A DNA stretch of 64,000 nucleotides, taken from contig NC_068983.1 of NCBI RefSeq assembly GCF_001194135.2, positions 32,332,920-32,396,919 on the forward strand, read 5' to 3'. The translations under genes and the position numbers were made by a program. The notes under the pieces were generated by a model that did not search any database, was not told where the DNA came from, and saw only the letters and a list, made by a program, of their open reading frames with translations. Each line of letters starts with the position of its first letter. The stretch's first letter is position 1. Origin of the DNA: Octopus bimaculoides. Taxonomy: Eukaryota. Below are positions 38,787 to 54,048 of this stretch, one piece after another.

Positions 38787-41700
38787 GTAAGACGGTAGTT
38801 TTTGATAAATGCCTCTCAATGTCTATTAGAAACTGTTGTATCACATGTTTGACATACAATATAACGGAATAATAATAATGTCCTTGCAAATTATTCTACT
38901 CAAGATACTGGTCATATGCAACTCTTGGCTTTACACTGCTCTGAAGGCTCTCTGCATATGTCCATTTATATTGTGGCACAATCCATTAGGAGCTTACCAA
39001 TAGGGGTGTTCTACTTCAACACTACAGAAACAAACATAGACTTGCAAGAGAGAATGATTTTGAGCTCTAATCTTCATTTAAAATCAGGATCTATTGAATT
39101 TCCAGCACTAATTTTCTGTTTTAATGCTGGTAGCAGACTGGCAGAATTAATTGGGAATTCTATTGAGTGTCTTATAATATTTAGTTTTGTATTTCTACAT
39201 TGTGAAATTAAATATAATTTGTCATGGTTTTTCTTCCTCCTGGTGTTGGTAAAGTAAATACTAGAACTATACTAAGGTGAATTAGTCAGCTAGCTTCTTC
39301 CTCTATAAAAGTTGATTTTGTGCTAAGACGACACAGGCATAGCAGAGACACAGGTATGGGTTGTGGTAGAGAAGACCCCTTCCCAATCATGTAGTTTTGG
39401 GTTCAGTCCCATTGCATGGCACTTTGGGCAAGTGTCTTCTACTATAGCCCTGGGTGAGTGAATTTGGTAGACAAAAATTATAAGAAGCCTATTATGTGTG
39501 TATGTCTGATATTGTATTTCCCTTGTCACTCATTACTTGAAAACAGTGGCATCAGTAACCGTGTCATTTCCTCTACAAAATCATGTCCTGATTTCTTGAC
39601 ATTCTTAACAAGTATGTTTCAATGTTGTTTGTCTCCAGTTTTTCACGTAAGTCAATCAAGGCTGTTTGTTGTTTGATAGACTGGGAAATTATAACCTTAT
39701 TTTGGAATGGGTGATGTGTGAGGAAGAGTATCTGACAGTAGTAACTTTACCCCAACATACTCTGGTCTGATCCATGTAAGCATGGAAAAGTAGATGTGAA
39801 AATGATTATGATGAAAGAATCAATAAATAAATATATAATCTCTCCAGTCCTGACTTTTCATTCTATATTAAATATCGTATGAGGCTTCCAAATTGAAAGT
39901 GCACATAGAGATGCTTATTGTGCCCAAAACTATTGCTGAGAGATTGAGGTTTGCTGACCTATTGTTCCAACTGCTATTTGGACTTGTAAGATTTTAGAGA
40001 ACACCTTTGCCTCTGCAACTGTCTTTATAAATATTTCTCTCCCACATGACAAAACCAATTGCATGGATCTGAATGCTGAAACTCTGTACCCCATCACATA
40101 TTCATATTTAAGAAGCAGATATCCAAACCTTTGGGTGATATCCAAGTAATGTCCAGACCTTGGGGTCTTGGGGTTCTTGACTTCTACCCCAACCAAACTA
40201 TATTGCATTAACATGAGTAAATCTGTTAGTTAATCTCAAATCATCCCTGATAAAAGCAGACCTATGTTTAATGCTGTCCCAGTTGTGACCATCCTGTCGT
40301 TTTTTTTCCAGCCATAGAATATCTAGGACTGCATTATATGTCCTTCATATCTTTAACACATTGTGCAATTTGAGAAGGATTTAGTTTCTTTTTCTAACAG
40401 GGCCAGTGACAATGTAGAGATTCCTATGTTGGTTCATCTACTCCAGCTGTTAGATTAATTGCTCTCTTGGTTTTTAAAACAAAATTTTTTTAGATGAATG
40501 ATGGAATGACTTTTTGGTTTGCTAATTTTATCTCTTTTGGACAGAAATTTTTTTTTTAAGAGTGTGTTCTCTGTTCATCATCAAGTGTTTGTTTGTTGTA
40601 TTTATGTTGATCTTTGAACTGGGACTGAACCCCTAAGAGTTTAGTTCATCCAGGTTACCAATTTACTTAGCCACTAACTCTTGGTCTTCTGTGTCGAATA
40701 TACATTTTCCCACATTCCTCACAGTGGGAAACTTAATCTTAGATTGTACAAAGGATTCCTGTTTTCACTCTATACACATTCTGCAGTTTTGACATTTCTG
40801 TTTTATTTCTTATGTTGTATGATCCTAATCTTTAGGGATCATCCTGTGTAATCTGAAATGTTTTCAGTTATTTCAAGAAACAAAACAAAACTATACAAAA
40901 TATAAAAACTTGTTACAAGGAGTAACCTTTGAAAAACTATCTTTAGTCAATCAGCAAAATATGTCTAGATTTGTATAGAAGTGTTTTTTTTTTAGATGAC
41001 CTGTTAAACCAGTCTAGCTGCTGTCTCTCATGGTGGTAAATAGGTTTTTATATCTAATAATTGACTCATAATCTCGCACTAAAGACAGTACACTGTGTTT
41101 TGAGCAGCAATCATTAGAAAAGAAAAAAAAACATTGATGCCAGTATTTTACATTGTTACTGCTGCTAATGTGTCGCTGATATTGTGTATCACCAAGTCAG
41201 ACTCAATTAAGCAGATTTATAATCAAAAGAGTTCCAACCATGACAAATTTTAAAACCTTGTTAACTCAATGAGGGAGTATCTATAAACTTAATCAGCTTG
41301 TTAGAAATGGCAGCCAAACCATTGTATTTTCAGGTTGACATCACTCACGAATAGCTTTAAACTGAAGGTTAATCCTTTGATGATTGCTTAAATTTATCAG
41401 TGGATTATTTATTGAAAATTTTTTTCTTCATATGTTACTTTAATGAATATAAAGCAGAAAAGGCTATGGTGAAGAAGATACTAACATTTCAAATGGGTTT
41501 GTAACAGCTGTGATCATCTTGCCTTTTTGTATGTTCAGGTTTCTATTCTTACTCCTATCTTCCTTTTTTTTTTTTTTTTTGAAGGCAGTGAAGTGTGAAT
41601 TGAGGAAGGTTTGGTTGCTTATTATTGTAAGATGAGCAACAATGGAGATGTTTCCTTGTTGGTTTGTCATTGTCATGTTAGTTTTCTTAATTCACTGTGT

Positions 41701-42737
41701 ACTAGTGAATATGGCTGGTAATTTCTCCATTAGTGTCAATTTCATTACCATGCTATCTATGTTGTGTTGTGTATTGGTCAGATTACCTATTTGGTGGCTT
41801 ATGTACTAACAATGACAGTGTGTTGTGTTTATGACTAAGTCTAGCTCTAAGTAGGTACAACAGAGTAGTATAACATTCAGCTGTAAGCAGTGACACCAGC
41901 ACTATGTCCATCAACTTGCTTTGCTGTGTTCATTTCATCTTTGCACAAAAGCTAGTTCAATGTTTTATTTAGGGTTAAATTTATTGTGAATCTACTTAGT
42001 GTTACAGAAACAGGACTCATGAGACACTCTTACAGATCATTGAACTTTGGAAAACTTTAGTTTCTTTTTTCTCCCTCTTACTGGAATTCTTTTATTGGCT
42101 GTGAGATTCATATCCTTTCCCCACCTCCCCGCATTCATTAAATCATCTACCTTAGTTCCGTTATTTGCTGCCAAGCCTCAGAGATAAAATTTTCATATAT
42201 TATTTAAATGCTAAAAGGACTTCTAAATCATCTTGTAAACACACGCACACACACACACATGCATGTATACATGGCTGTGTGATAGAGAAGTTCACTTCAC
42301 AACCATGTGGTTTCAGAGTTGGTCCCACTGTGTGACATCTTTGGCAAATGTCTTCTGCTGTAGCTTCAGATCAACCAATGCAGAAACTGTATTGAAACCT
42401 GTTAGATATGTGTGGGTGATTGTGTTTGACTGCATGCATGTGTATGTGTGTTAATATCTATGTATATTTGAAGTGACACTTTTAAACTAGCAGCAATGAT
42501 ATTCATGTTCCTCAAAAGTATCCAGCAGCTTCACAGTTTGTTTGAAGTTTTGAAATAAAATATCTTGAAAAACCAGTAAAAAAGGTTGGCATTAAGAAGG
42601 GCATCCAGCAGTAGAGTAGTCCCTCTACAAGCATTACCTAATCCATACCAGCATAGAAATAAAGCAAACACAAAAATAATGATGATAATGATGGTATATG
42701 TCCTCACAAACACACAAAATTTCCTTTATATATGTGC

Positions 42738-42887
42738 AGGTATGGCTGTATGGTAAGAAGTTTGCTTCCTGCCCACATGGTCCCAGGTTCAGTCCTACTG
42801 CATAGCATCTTGAGCAAGTGTCTTCTACTATAGCTGACCAAAGCCTTGTGAGTGGATGTGGTAGACGGAAACTGAAAGAAGCCTGTC

Positions 42888-42947
<60 letters not shown>

Positions 42948-43146
42948 TTGTCCCCCACCACCACTTGACAACTGGTGCTGGTGTATTTACATCCCTGTAA
43001 CTTAGTGGTTTGGCAAAAGAGACCCATAGAAAATGTATGAGGCTTATAAAAAGTAGGTCCTGGGATTGATACATTCAGCTTGAAAATTCCTCAAGGCGGT
43101 GCCCCAGCATGACCACAGTCTAATGGCTGAAACAAGTAAAAGATAA
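42738..43146 (+). mobile_element. tRNA-head SINE family C with CORE-like segment and internal microsatellite. Other copies: + 2578-2935, 12170-12548, 39350-39560; - 29262-29510, 38345-38500, 55052-55235
   Basis: GGCTGTATGGTAAGAAG...GGTTCAGTCC head, ttg(a/g)gcaagtgtcttctactatagc segment, and 3' tail ggcggtgccccagcatg(a/g)ccacagtc...ctgaaacaagtaaaaga. Confidence 0.85.
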
Positions 43147-45176
43147 TATATAAGTGACACTTTTCAAACTAGCAACAATTTTTATCATGTATTTATACGT
43201 GCATATGTGTTTGTGTGGCTTGTATAAAGTGGTAATTTTAAACAGTGGTTCACTCTTATTGTGTTCTTTGTTTAGTTTCTCTTGTCTGTCAATTTGATAT
43301 TTGTTTACTATTTGTGCACAGTTGTTAAAATTGTTGTTGTTAATCTGAATGTGAAAGAAGCACATTGGTCAACTGGAAATGTCAACAGCAAGAACAACAA
43401 ACAGTCTACATATTCTTATCAGGCTGAAGCCATAAGTTTCATTTTCTTCATTATCATTAGTACTTACATATTAATATCCTGTCAGGTTGGGCTTATCCTC
43501 ACTTAGATGCTTTCTTATCACACTAGAGTCTTCATCCTGTCATCACTGGCTTCATTATTATTGTTGTTGTTATCATTGTTATCTCAGTCTTCGTTTTCAT
43601 CCTCTGCCTCCTCCTCACCATCATCGTTATTAACTGACATTATTGCGTTAAGTCCAGTAATCGTTGGCATACCATCATCGTTATAGCATCAATACCATGC
43701 TCGTCAGCTACAGCATCATTATTGTTAATACTTACATCCCTGTACCACCCTATACCTCCCACCTCATCATCATTACCACTACATCAAGAATATCAGTAGA
43801 TGCACTCATATGCCATGTCTTGAATACCTTTGACCAGATATCTGCTCGATCATGGCTGACTTGGCGTTACACTGCAACAACAATCCACAAGAGGAGTCGA
43901 ACTCATCATTGCAAGTGAACAAAGTGAAACACTCATTAATTTTACACTATTTTCACTGCTTATATTATAGAAGATAATAACCTATGAAATTTTAAAAAGT
44001 ATTATAATGAATACAATGCTTCTTTAATATTACTTCCACTCATAAGGTGGTGAGCAGAATCATTAGCACACCTAGCAAAATGCTTAATGGCATTTCATCC
44101 ATCTTTATGTTCTGGGTTCAAATACCACTGGAGTTGACTTTGCCTTTCATCCTTTTGGGGTCAATAAAATAGTTGGCTGGGGTCAATTTAATTGACTTGG
44201 CTGTCCTCTCCCGAAATTGCTGGCCTTGTTTCAAAATTTGAAACTAATATTGCTTCCACTCATAAGGGCCTAATACTCCTTTTTAAATCAATTTGCTGAA
44301 GGAGAAATGCCAGAACTTAGTGAAGTAGTTGTTGTGAATAGCTGTTGTTGAGGTGCAGCTTGAACTTTTGTGTGTTGACATCTATTGGAAAGATGTGTGC
44401 AGAATGGAAATTCCAAATGGATGCAGAATTTAGATAGCTCTTGAAGAAACAACCATTAACACCCAATTTGTAACTGCTGTCTTGACCCTTTGACACTAGC
44501 TCACCTGTGACACCTAGTTTTATTATACAAACTTCTTGTTTAAAATGGTCTCAGTTAAAATCTTCCTTAAAAATTTCATGTTAATTTATATTCCAGACAC
44601 CTAAACATTTTACTAAATTCTTTGTTACCTTAAAAATTAATTGAAATAAAGGCAGTGTAGTTCAACAGAAATATGTTAACAAAAGGGTTCAGAAATATGT
44701 TAACAAAAGGGTCTTCCATGGAACTCTGAGGTTCACAGTTACTAAGATTATTATTATTTATGTTTTAATGGTCTAGTTACAGGAGGAAGAGTGGTGTTCA
44801 TGGCACTTGCTCTATTCTCTGAGGTAGGAAGGAAAACATTGTTCTCAGACTAGAGATCTAGCTCAAATACCTCCAGTAGGGCAGGCTCCTTTAAAGATAT
44901 CCAAGGACCAGTTTCCATGTCATTACATAGTTGAATGACAAATCTTACTTTGGTTACTTTTCCTCACAGGTGAAGCAGAACTAGGCACTGCAAGTCAGTG
45001 AAATATTTGTTAATGTTGCTTTGCCGTAACTGCATACAATGATGAGTTATTCCTCAATCATGTCATACCTCGTTAGAACTTGATGATCCAGGCCGTTTGA
45101 ATGGTAAGTTTGTTGGCCACAGACACAAGATAATACCAATGACTTGCCCTTTCTCATATTGTACTCACAACCAGCT

Positions 45177-45219
<43 letters not shown>

Positions 45220-46052
45220 CCAGGCCAGTCACCTTGTCCAGTAAATTTACCAGAGGGCAGCATTTCCCTTTCTACTTTTACATTCCTCTTCAATCTGTGA
45301 AAAAGCTGAAGGCTTAGTCAGAGAAGACAATCCATGTTCTCAGTCCCCATTGTCTTGTTCACCACCATCACTACCACCTTTACCACAGTATCCCCCCTAC
45401 CTTACATATGAGCCACTCTTGTAATTCCTTCATTTCATTTATGCTCCATCTCTCCACTTCATTTTGTACGTTTTCTTCAAGCGTGCTCTCATACATACAC
45501 AAATGCGCACACACACTTTCTATCTCATCTCTATTTTATTCCACTCTTTCAATCAGTCTATATTCATTTCCTGTCTCTCCAACATCTCTTGTTTTCTTTC
45601 CTTCCCTCTTCTTCTTCATCTATATTTCTTCTCTCTACTCAGTGTTTTCATTTTTACTCCAAGTTTTCTCCTTATCTACTCCCTCTCCACTTTGTTTCAT
45701 ATTTGATTTAGTCTCCTGCCATTTATTTTCTTTAAGCCACACCTACTTTTCATACTAGTTTAATTCTTAATACTTTTCCCTGCCTTTAATTTGAAATTCT
45801 CCCCAGTAACTTTCTGCCCCAGCTGTTATTTTCTTCTCTTTCTCTTCTTTCCCCCTTTCTTTTTCTTCTTTCTCTTTTCGTATGCATAAGTCATTACACT
45901 TACACACCAAATTTTTTCTTCAAATATATAAACTATATACTCAAATCAAAACATTCACATACAAATTTGCCAAAAATAAAATGTCATAAAATTTCTTTTG
46001 TATGCTGTAAAACCAGTTTTTCTTACTAGATAATCTGTTTTATATTTCTGAC

Positions 46053-46089
<37 letters not shown>

Positions 46090-46834
46090 TATGGATAAAA
46101 CAAAAGAAATGAAGATTATAAGGCAAGAAGGAGATAAGGAAGTAAACAATATATTAAAAAGTGAAATACAGGGTGGAAGAAGCATAGAAAAATAAATGAA
46201 ACAATATCAATGAGTGTGTACCCTGAAAATAAATATGTGAAATGAAAAGGGATTGGAAAAGCTCTAGCATTTTGATTATGCCTTTTGTGAAAGAAATGTA
46301 AAGTAGTAAGAGGAGAAAAAGAAATAGGAATTATATCAAATTTATATGATTACATTGCTGGTTTGATGTAAAAAGGAATTGGGACAGTAGAACTGGAAGT
46401 GGAGACACAATTTGGGTTAGAGTGAGAGTAAGTGAGGAGAAAAGCGAGTAGAGTGCAAAAAAAAAAAAAAATACAGGTTATGCTAAGAAAGGAAAGAGAG
46501 AGAGAGAGTGAGAGCATGTGAGAGAGCATATGATTGTTGTTTTTGTGTAGTATAATGTAATATGGTTATCTCTATAGGTATTAAAAGTATTTAATATGTA
46601 TTAGACATATATAGCTTATGCATTGCAGTTGCTTGATCAACTAACTGGCCCCCCTCGCCAGAAAATTTCATGTCTTGTGTCTAGAGCAGAAAAAGATTAT
46701 CTTGTAGCTTTGAGATTTTGATGAGGTGACTGTTAATTTAGAATGATATTTTAGAGTTGGTGTGAGAAGCCAGATCTTACCAGTCTGAACATAAAACAGG
46801 TTGAATATTTTGACTGGATATGGCTGGCTTAAAT

Positions 46835-47955
46835 GTGTATGAACTGCCATACTACATGTCAGTGAAACATGGGCCATGACTGCTGAGGACATGCGTAAGC
46901 TTGCAAGAAATGAAGCCAGTATGCTCCGATGGATGTGTAATGTCAGTGTGCATACTCAACAGAGTGTAAGTACCTTGAGAGAAAAGTTGGACCTAAGAAG
47001 CATCAGACGTGGTGTGCAAGAGAGACGATTGCGCTGGTATGGACATGTGGCAAGAATGGATGAGGATAGCTGTGTGAAAAAGTGCCACACCCTAGCGGTT
47101 GAGGGAACCTGTGGAAGAGATAGACTCAGGAAGACCTGGGATGAGGTGGTGAAGCACGACCTTCGAACTTTAGGCCACACTGAGGCAATGACTAGTGACC
47201 GGAACCTTTGGAAATATGCAGTACGCGAGAAGACCCGGCAAACCAAGTGAGAGCCTAATCTGTGGCCTCTGCTAGAAGTGTAGCCAGCTCACTTATTTGT
47301 ATCTTCACTTCATTAGACACTAAACTCTGCTTGCGAAGACCTGTTGAGGCAAGTGAATTTGAAATCGAAATTGAACCAAATTCGACGACTGGCACCCATG
47401 CCAACCTCTCCTTCATTGGACATTAAACTCTGCTTGCAAAGACTTGTTGGGGCAAGTGAAATCGAAATCGTAATTGAACCATATTCGATGACTGGCACCT
47501 GTGCCAATGGAGCACTAACAGCACCATCCGAGCGTGATCATTGCCAGAGCAACTGTCTGGCTTCCGTGCAGGTGGCCCGTAAATAGCACGATTTGAGCGT
47601 GATCGTTACCAGTGTCACCTTACTGGCACTTGTGCCGGTGGCACGTTAGACAATCATTCGAGCGACGTCGTTGCCAGTGCCACTGGACTGGCTCCTCTGC
47701 AGGTGGCATGTAAAAAATACCATTTTGAGTGTGGCTGTTGCCAGTACCGCGTGATTAGCCCTCGTGCCAGTGGCACATAAAAGCACCCACTACACTCTCA
47801 GAGTGGTTGGCGTTAGGAAGGACATCCAGCTTTAGAAACTCTGCTAGATCAGATTGGAGCCTGGTACAGCCTTCTGGCTTGCCAGTCCTCAGTCAAATCG
47901 TCCAACCCATTCTAGCATGGAAACTGGACGTTAAACGATGATGAAGATGATGATG
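46835..47955 (+). mobile_element. RTE LINE 3' end (ORF2 C-terminus, 3' UTR, (GAT)n tail)
   Basis: ETWAMTAEDMRKLARNEASMLRWMCNV...RRLRWYGHVARM...GR.RKTWDEVV, then the UTR and gatgatgat tail. Confidence 0.9.
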
Positions 47956-50935
47956 ATGATGATATATATGTGTCTGTTTAGCATATGTTTTGACTGGTTT
48001 GATTCCCATTGTCACCAAATGTTTTGATTCTGGGAGATATACACAACTCCTCCACTATACTGGATTTAAGCTAGTCTGAACTATGCACATCCAGAAACAA
48101 AACATCTGTTGACAGTCAGAGAATGAATCCATCAAAAAGTAGTGTAAATGTAAGCATTCTAAAATGAGGTTAATGGTTCTTTTTATTGTGTTTCATTTGT
48201 GTTACTTTATTGTTGTCTTGTCAGTTGATGTGCATTTCTCATATCTATCTTATTAGTCTGGGCTGCAATTTGGTAGAATCATTAGGGTATTGTCATGATG
48301 CCTAAGGTATTTAGTTAGAGCGCATTACATACTAAGTTCAAACCACACCTAGGTCAACTTTGCCTTCCATCTTTCTGGGGCTAGTAAAATAGTACAGTCA
48401 GTTGATTTAACAATCTTATAGGACATCCTGGATATGAATGGAACTATGAAAGAAAAGAATGTCCCCAAAGAACAAATAAAAGATAGGAATGCAAATGTAA
48501 ATGCCTCTAAGTCCTTGTATAGGAAGTAAGTCTACCACAGGTAACATTCTGAGATGGTGTAGTACCTATGCCTGACAGCTAGGCATACTGACGTAATATA
48601 GAATAAAGTGTTCTGCTTAGAAACACAATAAAATATTTGTAGTCAATTTGAACTCATAGTCTATGATTAGGCAGTCAAATCCTTGTCTGCTTAGCCACAT
48701 CTATCTCTATTCCTTCTATCAACCCACTGCCCTATTATTTGTGGTTGATGTTTAGTGTTGGTTAAACCTAATTAAGCAGATCTATCATCAGTGGCCTTCA
48801 AACTGTAACTCTTTTAAAGACAATTGTTTATGATTTGTCCCTAGCAAGATATTAAACTTCATTCACTGATGAGGCTCTAGCATCATACACCTTAGTCATC
48901 ACTACTTCTGTGACTGCTCTGGTTCAGGGTGACAATACTTGTTCAGGGTCCCAGTTAGAGGTCAAATAACAGAAGATGGTTCTGTGGCTAAGGCACACAA
49001 GATTCAGAGGAGGGCTGGCCGTTAGGCATGTGGCATACAGGTCTATAATTATGTAGGCATCCTGATATCACTTAAACCAATCACTTTGCCTCAGGGTTAA
49101 ATTGGCCTGTGCCCTCAAGAGTAATCTTGGGAGAGCAAGAGACTAACAGAAAGTAATAAAAAAAACCCATTACTGCCTCTCTGACAAGAATTATTAACCT
49201 GCAAACTTTGGCATAGTGGTCTAAGCCTGCTGATACTTGTAGATGGGAGAAGCTATGATTGAGAGAGATGTAGCTGCTATTTCCTGCTAGTTGAGTAGCC
49301 TGTTTGAGATACTCTTATTTATGAGCTACTTAATTCTTTTCCACATTCTAAAATTAAGTTCCATAAGGTCATTAGGTTGGAAACCCAACCAAGGTCTCTT
49401 TGTGCCTTGATGACCATTTCTGAATAATCTGAGCTTTTGAAACTCTGTTCAATTATTAATTAACAAGTAAATCATTAAGTAAACATTCTACTAACTTGTA
49501 TGTTTATTAGAGAAGAAATACTGACACATGTACTCTACAACTGACAAGAAGGGATCATTCCATCTTGTGAGTTGGAGATGGAGCGAAAGCTTGTTTTATC
49601 TATTTACTGGCACTCCTTTAATGGTACTCTTTAAAGGTTAGCACTATTGTGAGAGGGTGCTTAGATGCCCCTCTGGAAGATACTTAGATACTTAGCTAAG
49701 TATCCACCAGAATTGGCCCTGGCCATGACTAACTTAATTGAACCACTTGGGATATGTATAGCTTTCAGCCTCTTTTGTTACTCAAAATTTGGCTCTGATA
49801 TCTCATGGAAAATTTTGTTATTTTTAACTTGTTAGTTTCTGGGTGTGGGTGCCTTTCTTTCATTTCTTTTGTTTTTAGTTATTGTATATTTGTTACTCAC
49901 CTCTTTGGGATTTTGGGATAACTGTTGTGATGTGTGTGTTATTGAGGATAGAAGTGATGGGACATGAGGGCGAGTATAGAAAAGGGCAGGTATTTATAAT
50001 GAAAAAAAAAAAAAAGGATATATAAGTAAATGAACAAAGCAGAGCGGCTAGACTTTCAGGTTTCTTTCCATTTTGTTTTTAACTACTTGTTCTTAGCTAG
50101 GACGTTTTCTTTCTTGCTCTCCCCCATCAGCCCCTCTCTTGTGAGAGGGTGAGGGTTTATGAATAATGTTTTCCTGCCACCTGCTACCTCTTTAAGTGTT
50201 TATATATATATATAGTGGTATTGATAGTGTGTCTGTGTATTTATATACTGTCATGTGATTGTATGCCTGTGAGACTATTCATATGTGTCTGCCTGTGTTT
50301 ATGCCTGTTTATGTATGTGCATGTAAGTGTTACTGTGTACATGCATGTGTGAGTTATGTTACTCAGACAAAATAATTCTTATTAAATTACTATGTACGTC
50401 TTGTTTATATGTAGATATATCTGTCACTGTCTATCTTTGCTTGCATATATTCATGCATGTTACTTTTCTTTACTTACTTGAATTCTTCCTCTGGGCAAGA
50501 AGCAGCTTTCTTACAAACACACTAAGTTCCACCCCTGGAATTTAGATAGGAAAAAGGATGAGTGTTTCACGTTGAACTTTGCAAAAGTCTTGTATATTTT
50601 TTTTCCTGCTTCACTTAGAGATTGTATTTGTAAAGTACATGGTCATTTCTTTACTTGAAAACCCTAGCCCTTCAACATTGCCACTTAGACATTTTACTAA
50701 CATAGCTGAGTGCACTTGTTGTCATAAGTATAAATGTGAATATGTAATTTAGATATAGAAATTGAAGGTTTTAAAGCATATATGTACTACCTTTCTTACT
50801 GATTTTAGTTGGAATTTCATAGCTATCTCCTTCATCTGAATTGCAAAACCATAACCTTTGAAATATGATTTGAAGTATGTTTACCAAAAGACCAAGGGTG
50901 GATTTGATAGATAGAAACTGAAAGAAACCTGTTGC

Positions 50936-50973
<38 letters not shown>

Positions 50974-51196
50974 NNNNNNNNNNNNNNNNNNNNNNNNNNN
51001 NNNNNNNNNNNNNNNNNNNNNNNNNNNNNNNNNNNNNNNNNNNNNNNNNNNNNNNNNNNNNNNNNNNNNNNNNNNNNNNNNNNNNNNNNNNNNNNNNNNN
51101 NNNNNNNNNNNNNNNNNNNNNNNNNNNNNNNNNNNNNNNNNNNNNNNNNNNNNNNNNNNNNNNNNNNNNNNNNNNNNNNNNNNNNNNNNNNNNNNN

Positions 51197-51261
<65 letters not shown>

Positions 51262-51334
51262 GATTGTAGAAATTGTAATTTGATAATTCCTCTGATATAC
51301 ATTCAAGCTATATACTGGGGTACTGACTGTATGG

Positions 51335-51625
51335 TGAGAAACAGCCACAAGTGCAGCATTAAATTTATAGTTCAGGTAGGAGTTCACCAAGGCTTAGTAC
51401 TCAGTCCTCTTGGATAGTTCTTCTGGCCATAATGGTGAATTTAAAACTCTCTGCCCTTGGGAACTACTATAAACTGATGACCTTGTTCTTATAGTGGAAT
51501 CTGTAGTAGAATTGGGAAAGAAATTGTAGGTTTGGAAGCAATATCTGGAATCAGAGGGCCTTAATGTCAACTTAGCATAAATCAAAGGCTTAATACACAA
51601 AAAACAGATAGAACTCTGCTTACCT
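51335..51625 (+). mobile_element. RTE reverse transcriptase fragment
   Basis: VQVGVHQGLVLSPL and the ...tataaactgatgaccttg (YADDL-like) segment resemble 24590-24800. Confidence 0.65.
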
Positions 51626-52397
51626 GCCTTCTTATTCTACAAGGCTTTGAAGGCCTAAAGTGAGCTGACAAGTAACTGGGAGACATGCTAGCAACAACAC
51701 TGCTCAAACATTGTGATTTTTAAAACAGTTGGAGTATATATGAACAAATGCACACATATATGATTGGCCTCTATTTCAGTCTCTGTCAACCAGATCCACT
51801 CATAAGGCTTTGATTAGCTGTAGGTGCTACGCAGTGGGACTGAACCTGAAATTATGTGGTTAGGAAGCAAACTTCACAACCACAGGGTAATACCTACTCC
51901 TAATATCTAATATATGTGTGTATGTGTGTGTGTGTGTGTGCATATATATATATATATATATANNNNNNNNNNNNNNNNNNNNNNNNNNNNNNNNNNNNNN
52001 NNNNNNNNNNNNNNNNNNNNNNNNNNNNNNNNNNNNNNNNNNNNNNNNNNNNNNNNNNNNNNNNNNNNNNNNNNNNNNNNNNNNNNNNNNNNNNNNNNNN
52101 NNNNNNNNNNNNNNNNNNNNNNNNNNNNNNNNNNNNNNNNNNNNNNNNNNNNNNNNNNNNNNNNNNNNNNNNNNNNNNNNNNNNNNNNNNNNNNNNNNNN
52201 NNNNNNNNNNNNNNNNNNNNNNNNNNNNNNNNNNNNNNNNNNNNNNNNNNNNNNNNNNNNNNNNNNNNNNNNNNNNNNNNNNNNNNNNNNNNNNNNNNNN
52301 NNNNNNNNNNNNNNNNNNNNNNNNNNNNNNNNNNNNNNNNNNNNNNNNNNNNNNNNNNNNNNNNNNNNNNNNNNNNNNNNNNNNNNNNNNNNNNNNN

Positions 52398-52472
<75 letters not shown>

Positions 52473-53111
52473 AAAGATAGAATTAAAATTTGTTTCAAGA
52501 AAAAGCAGGTTGTTGTTGAGAGAGAAATACAGAGGGAGAGAGAGATTGTGTGTGTGAAAGATAGATAGGTAGTGTTGTCACTATAGTAACTAACAAGACT
52601 TTCACTATATAACACTCTACTATTAAAAGAAGGTACATGTATGATTAACATATATTTTTGCTGGCCGTGTAGTGATGAGTAAAGACCTAGTACACTATTA
52701 AAATGTTCAGCATTGTAACCACTATGCTTAACCCACAAGATAACCAAAAGGTGGCGAGCTGGCAAAAACGTTAGCACGTCGGGTGAAATGCTTAGCAGTA
52801 TTTCGTCTGCTGCTACGTTCTGAGTTCAAATTCCGCTGAGGTTAACTTTGCCTTTCATCCTTTTGGGGTCGATAAATTAAGTACCATTTACGCACCGGGG
52901 TTGATGCAATCGACTTAATCCCTTTGCCTGTCCTTGTTTGTCCCCTCTTTGTTCAGCCCCTTGTGAGCAATAAAGAAATAAGATAACCAAAAACACTTTT
53001 AAAACTTTATAGCTTGGCAAAGCCAGTAACTGCCAAAACACTGAAGACACTGTCAGCTTCTTCCTTGTAATATACACTCACATAATAAATCTCTTTTTCA
53101 GTTTAAGATTT

Positions 53112-53152
<41 letters not shown>

Positions 53153-53787
53153 CACAGCACACAGAGGCATTGGTTGATGACAGTCAAGGGGTTTGTTTTT
53201 CCCATGTGTCCGGCACAAGCACAATGTATATTCATAAATGTGGGGTTACTATCCCATCTCTCCATTATACTGTCAATGGTGCTAATTGTATTGGCAGAGT
53301 GGTGTGGTAGTGGTTTCAACAATGGACTTATGTGTTTTTTGGGACAATAACTTTTTTAACTGGTCATGTTTGGCGGTATTATTGTGATCTCATATCTCTT
53401 CCTGGTCTGAAAGAGGCTTGGTACAGGGAAAATGGAGCAAAGAGACTTTATTGTTGTCAGGATAGTTTGAGTAATGGTGGGTTATTCTTCTTAATGGGAA
53501 AGAAGGAGGCAGCAGTCATGGGATCAGTTGTGCATGATTTTAGTGAAGGGATAATAACAAGGATGATTATTGTTTCTAATATAGGCACAAGGTCTGAAAT
53601 TTAGGGGGAGTTGGTGAGTCGACTATATCAACACCAGAGCTTAACTGGTGCTTATTTTATTGACCTGAAAAGGATGTAAGTCAGAATTGGGCTCGGCAGA
53701 ATTTGAACTTACAATGTAAAGCTTGATGGAATTCCACAAAGTATTTTGCCCGGCATTCTAATGATTCTGCCAGCTCATCACCTTAAC

Positions 53788-53998
53788 CCTTTTGTTTCCG
53801 TGTTTATATTGAGGTGCTCTGTGTTTCTTTCAATTAATTTTAAATATCACAAAGAATTTAGTAAAATAACTTGGTTATCATGAAACTGGTGTTAGGAACA
53901 TAAATTGCAACTAAGATTTGTTGGAAGATTTTAATTCAAAACTTATGCAAACAAGACATTTGTACAGAGCCAGAGGCAGTTTCAGCCAGGTTGGTATC
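53788..53998. mobile_element. Second TTAA-flanked MITE family (related copies at ~34085-34312 and ~44483-44712)
   Basis: TTAA-CCCTTTTG ... TTAA ends. The shared internal tract aattaattgaaa(c/t)aaaggcagtgta.ttcaacagaaata occurs in the other copies and in reverse here. Confidence 0.55.
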
Positions 53999-54014
53999 GA
54001 ATGTGTTAATGAAG

Positions 54015-54048
<34 letters not shown>

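Noticed and set aside
39930-40214. 94-aa minus-strand ORF, possibly a decayed RTE C-terminus (WFCHVG in another frame)
   Set aside because: Too degenerate to support a call.
48860-48890. Other CTGATGA/CTGAAGA boxes (e.g. 16594, 23995, 48866, minus 9419 and 48786)
   Set aside because: No properly placed GAAA box with pairing stems, so they are not hammerheads.
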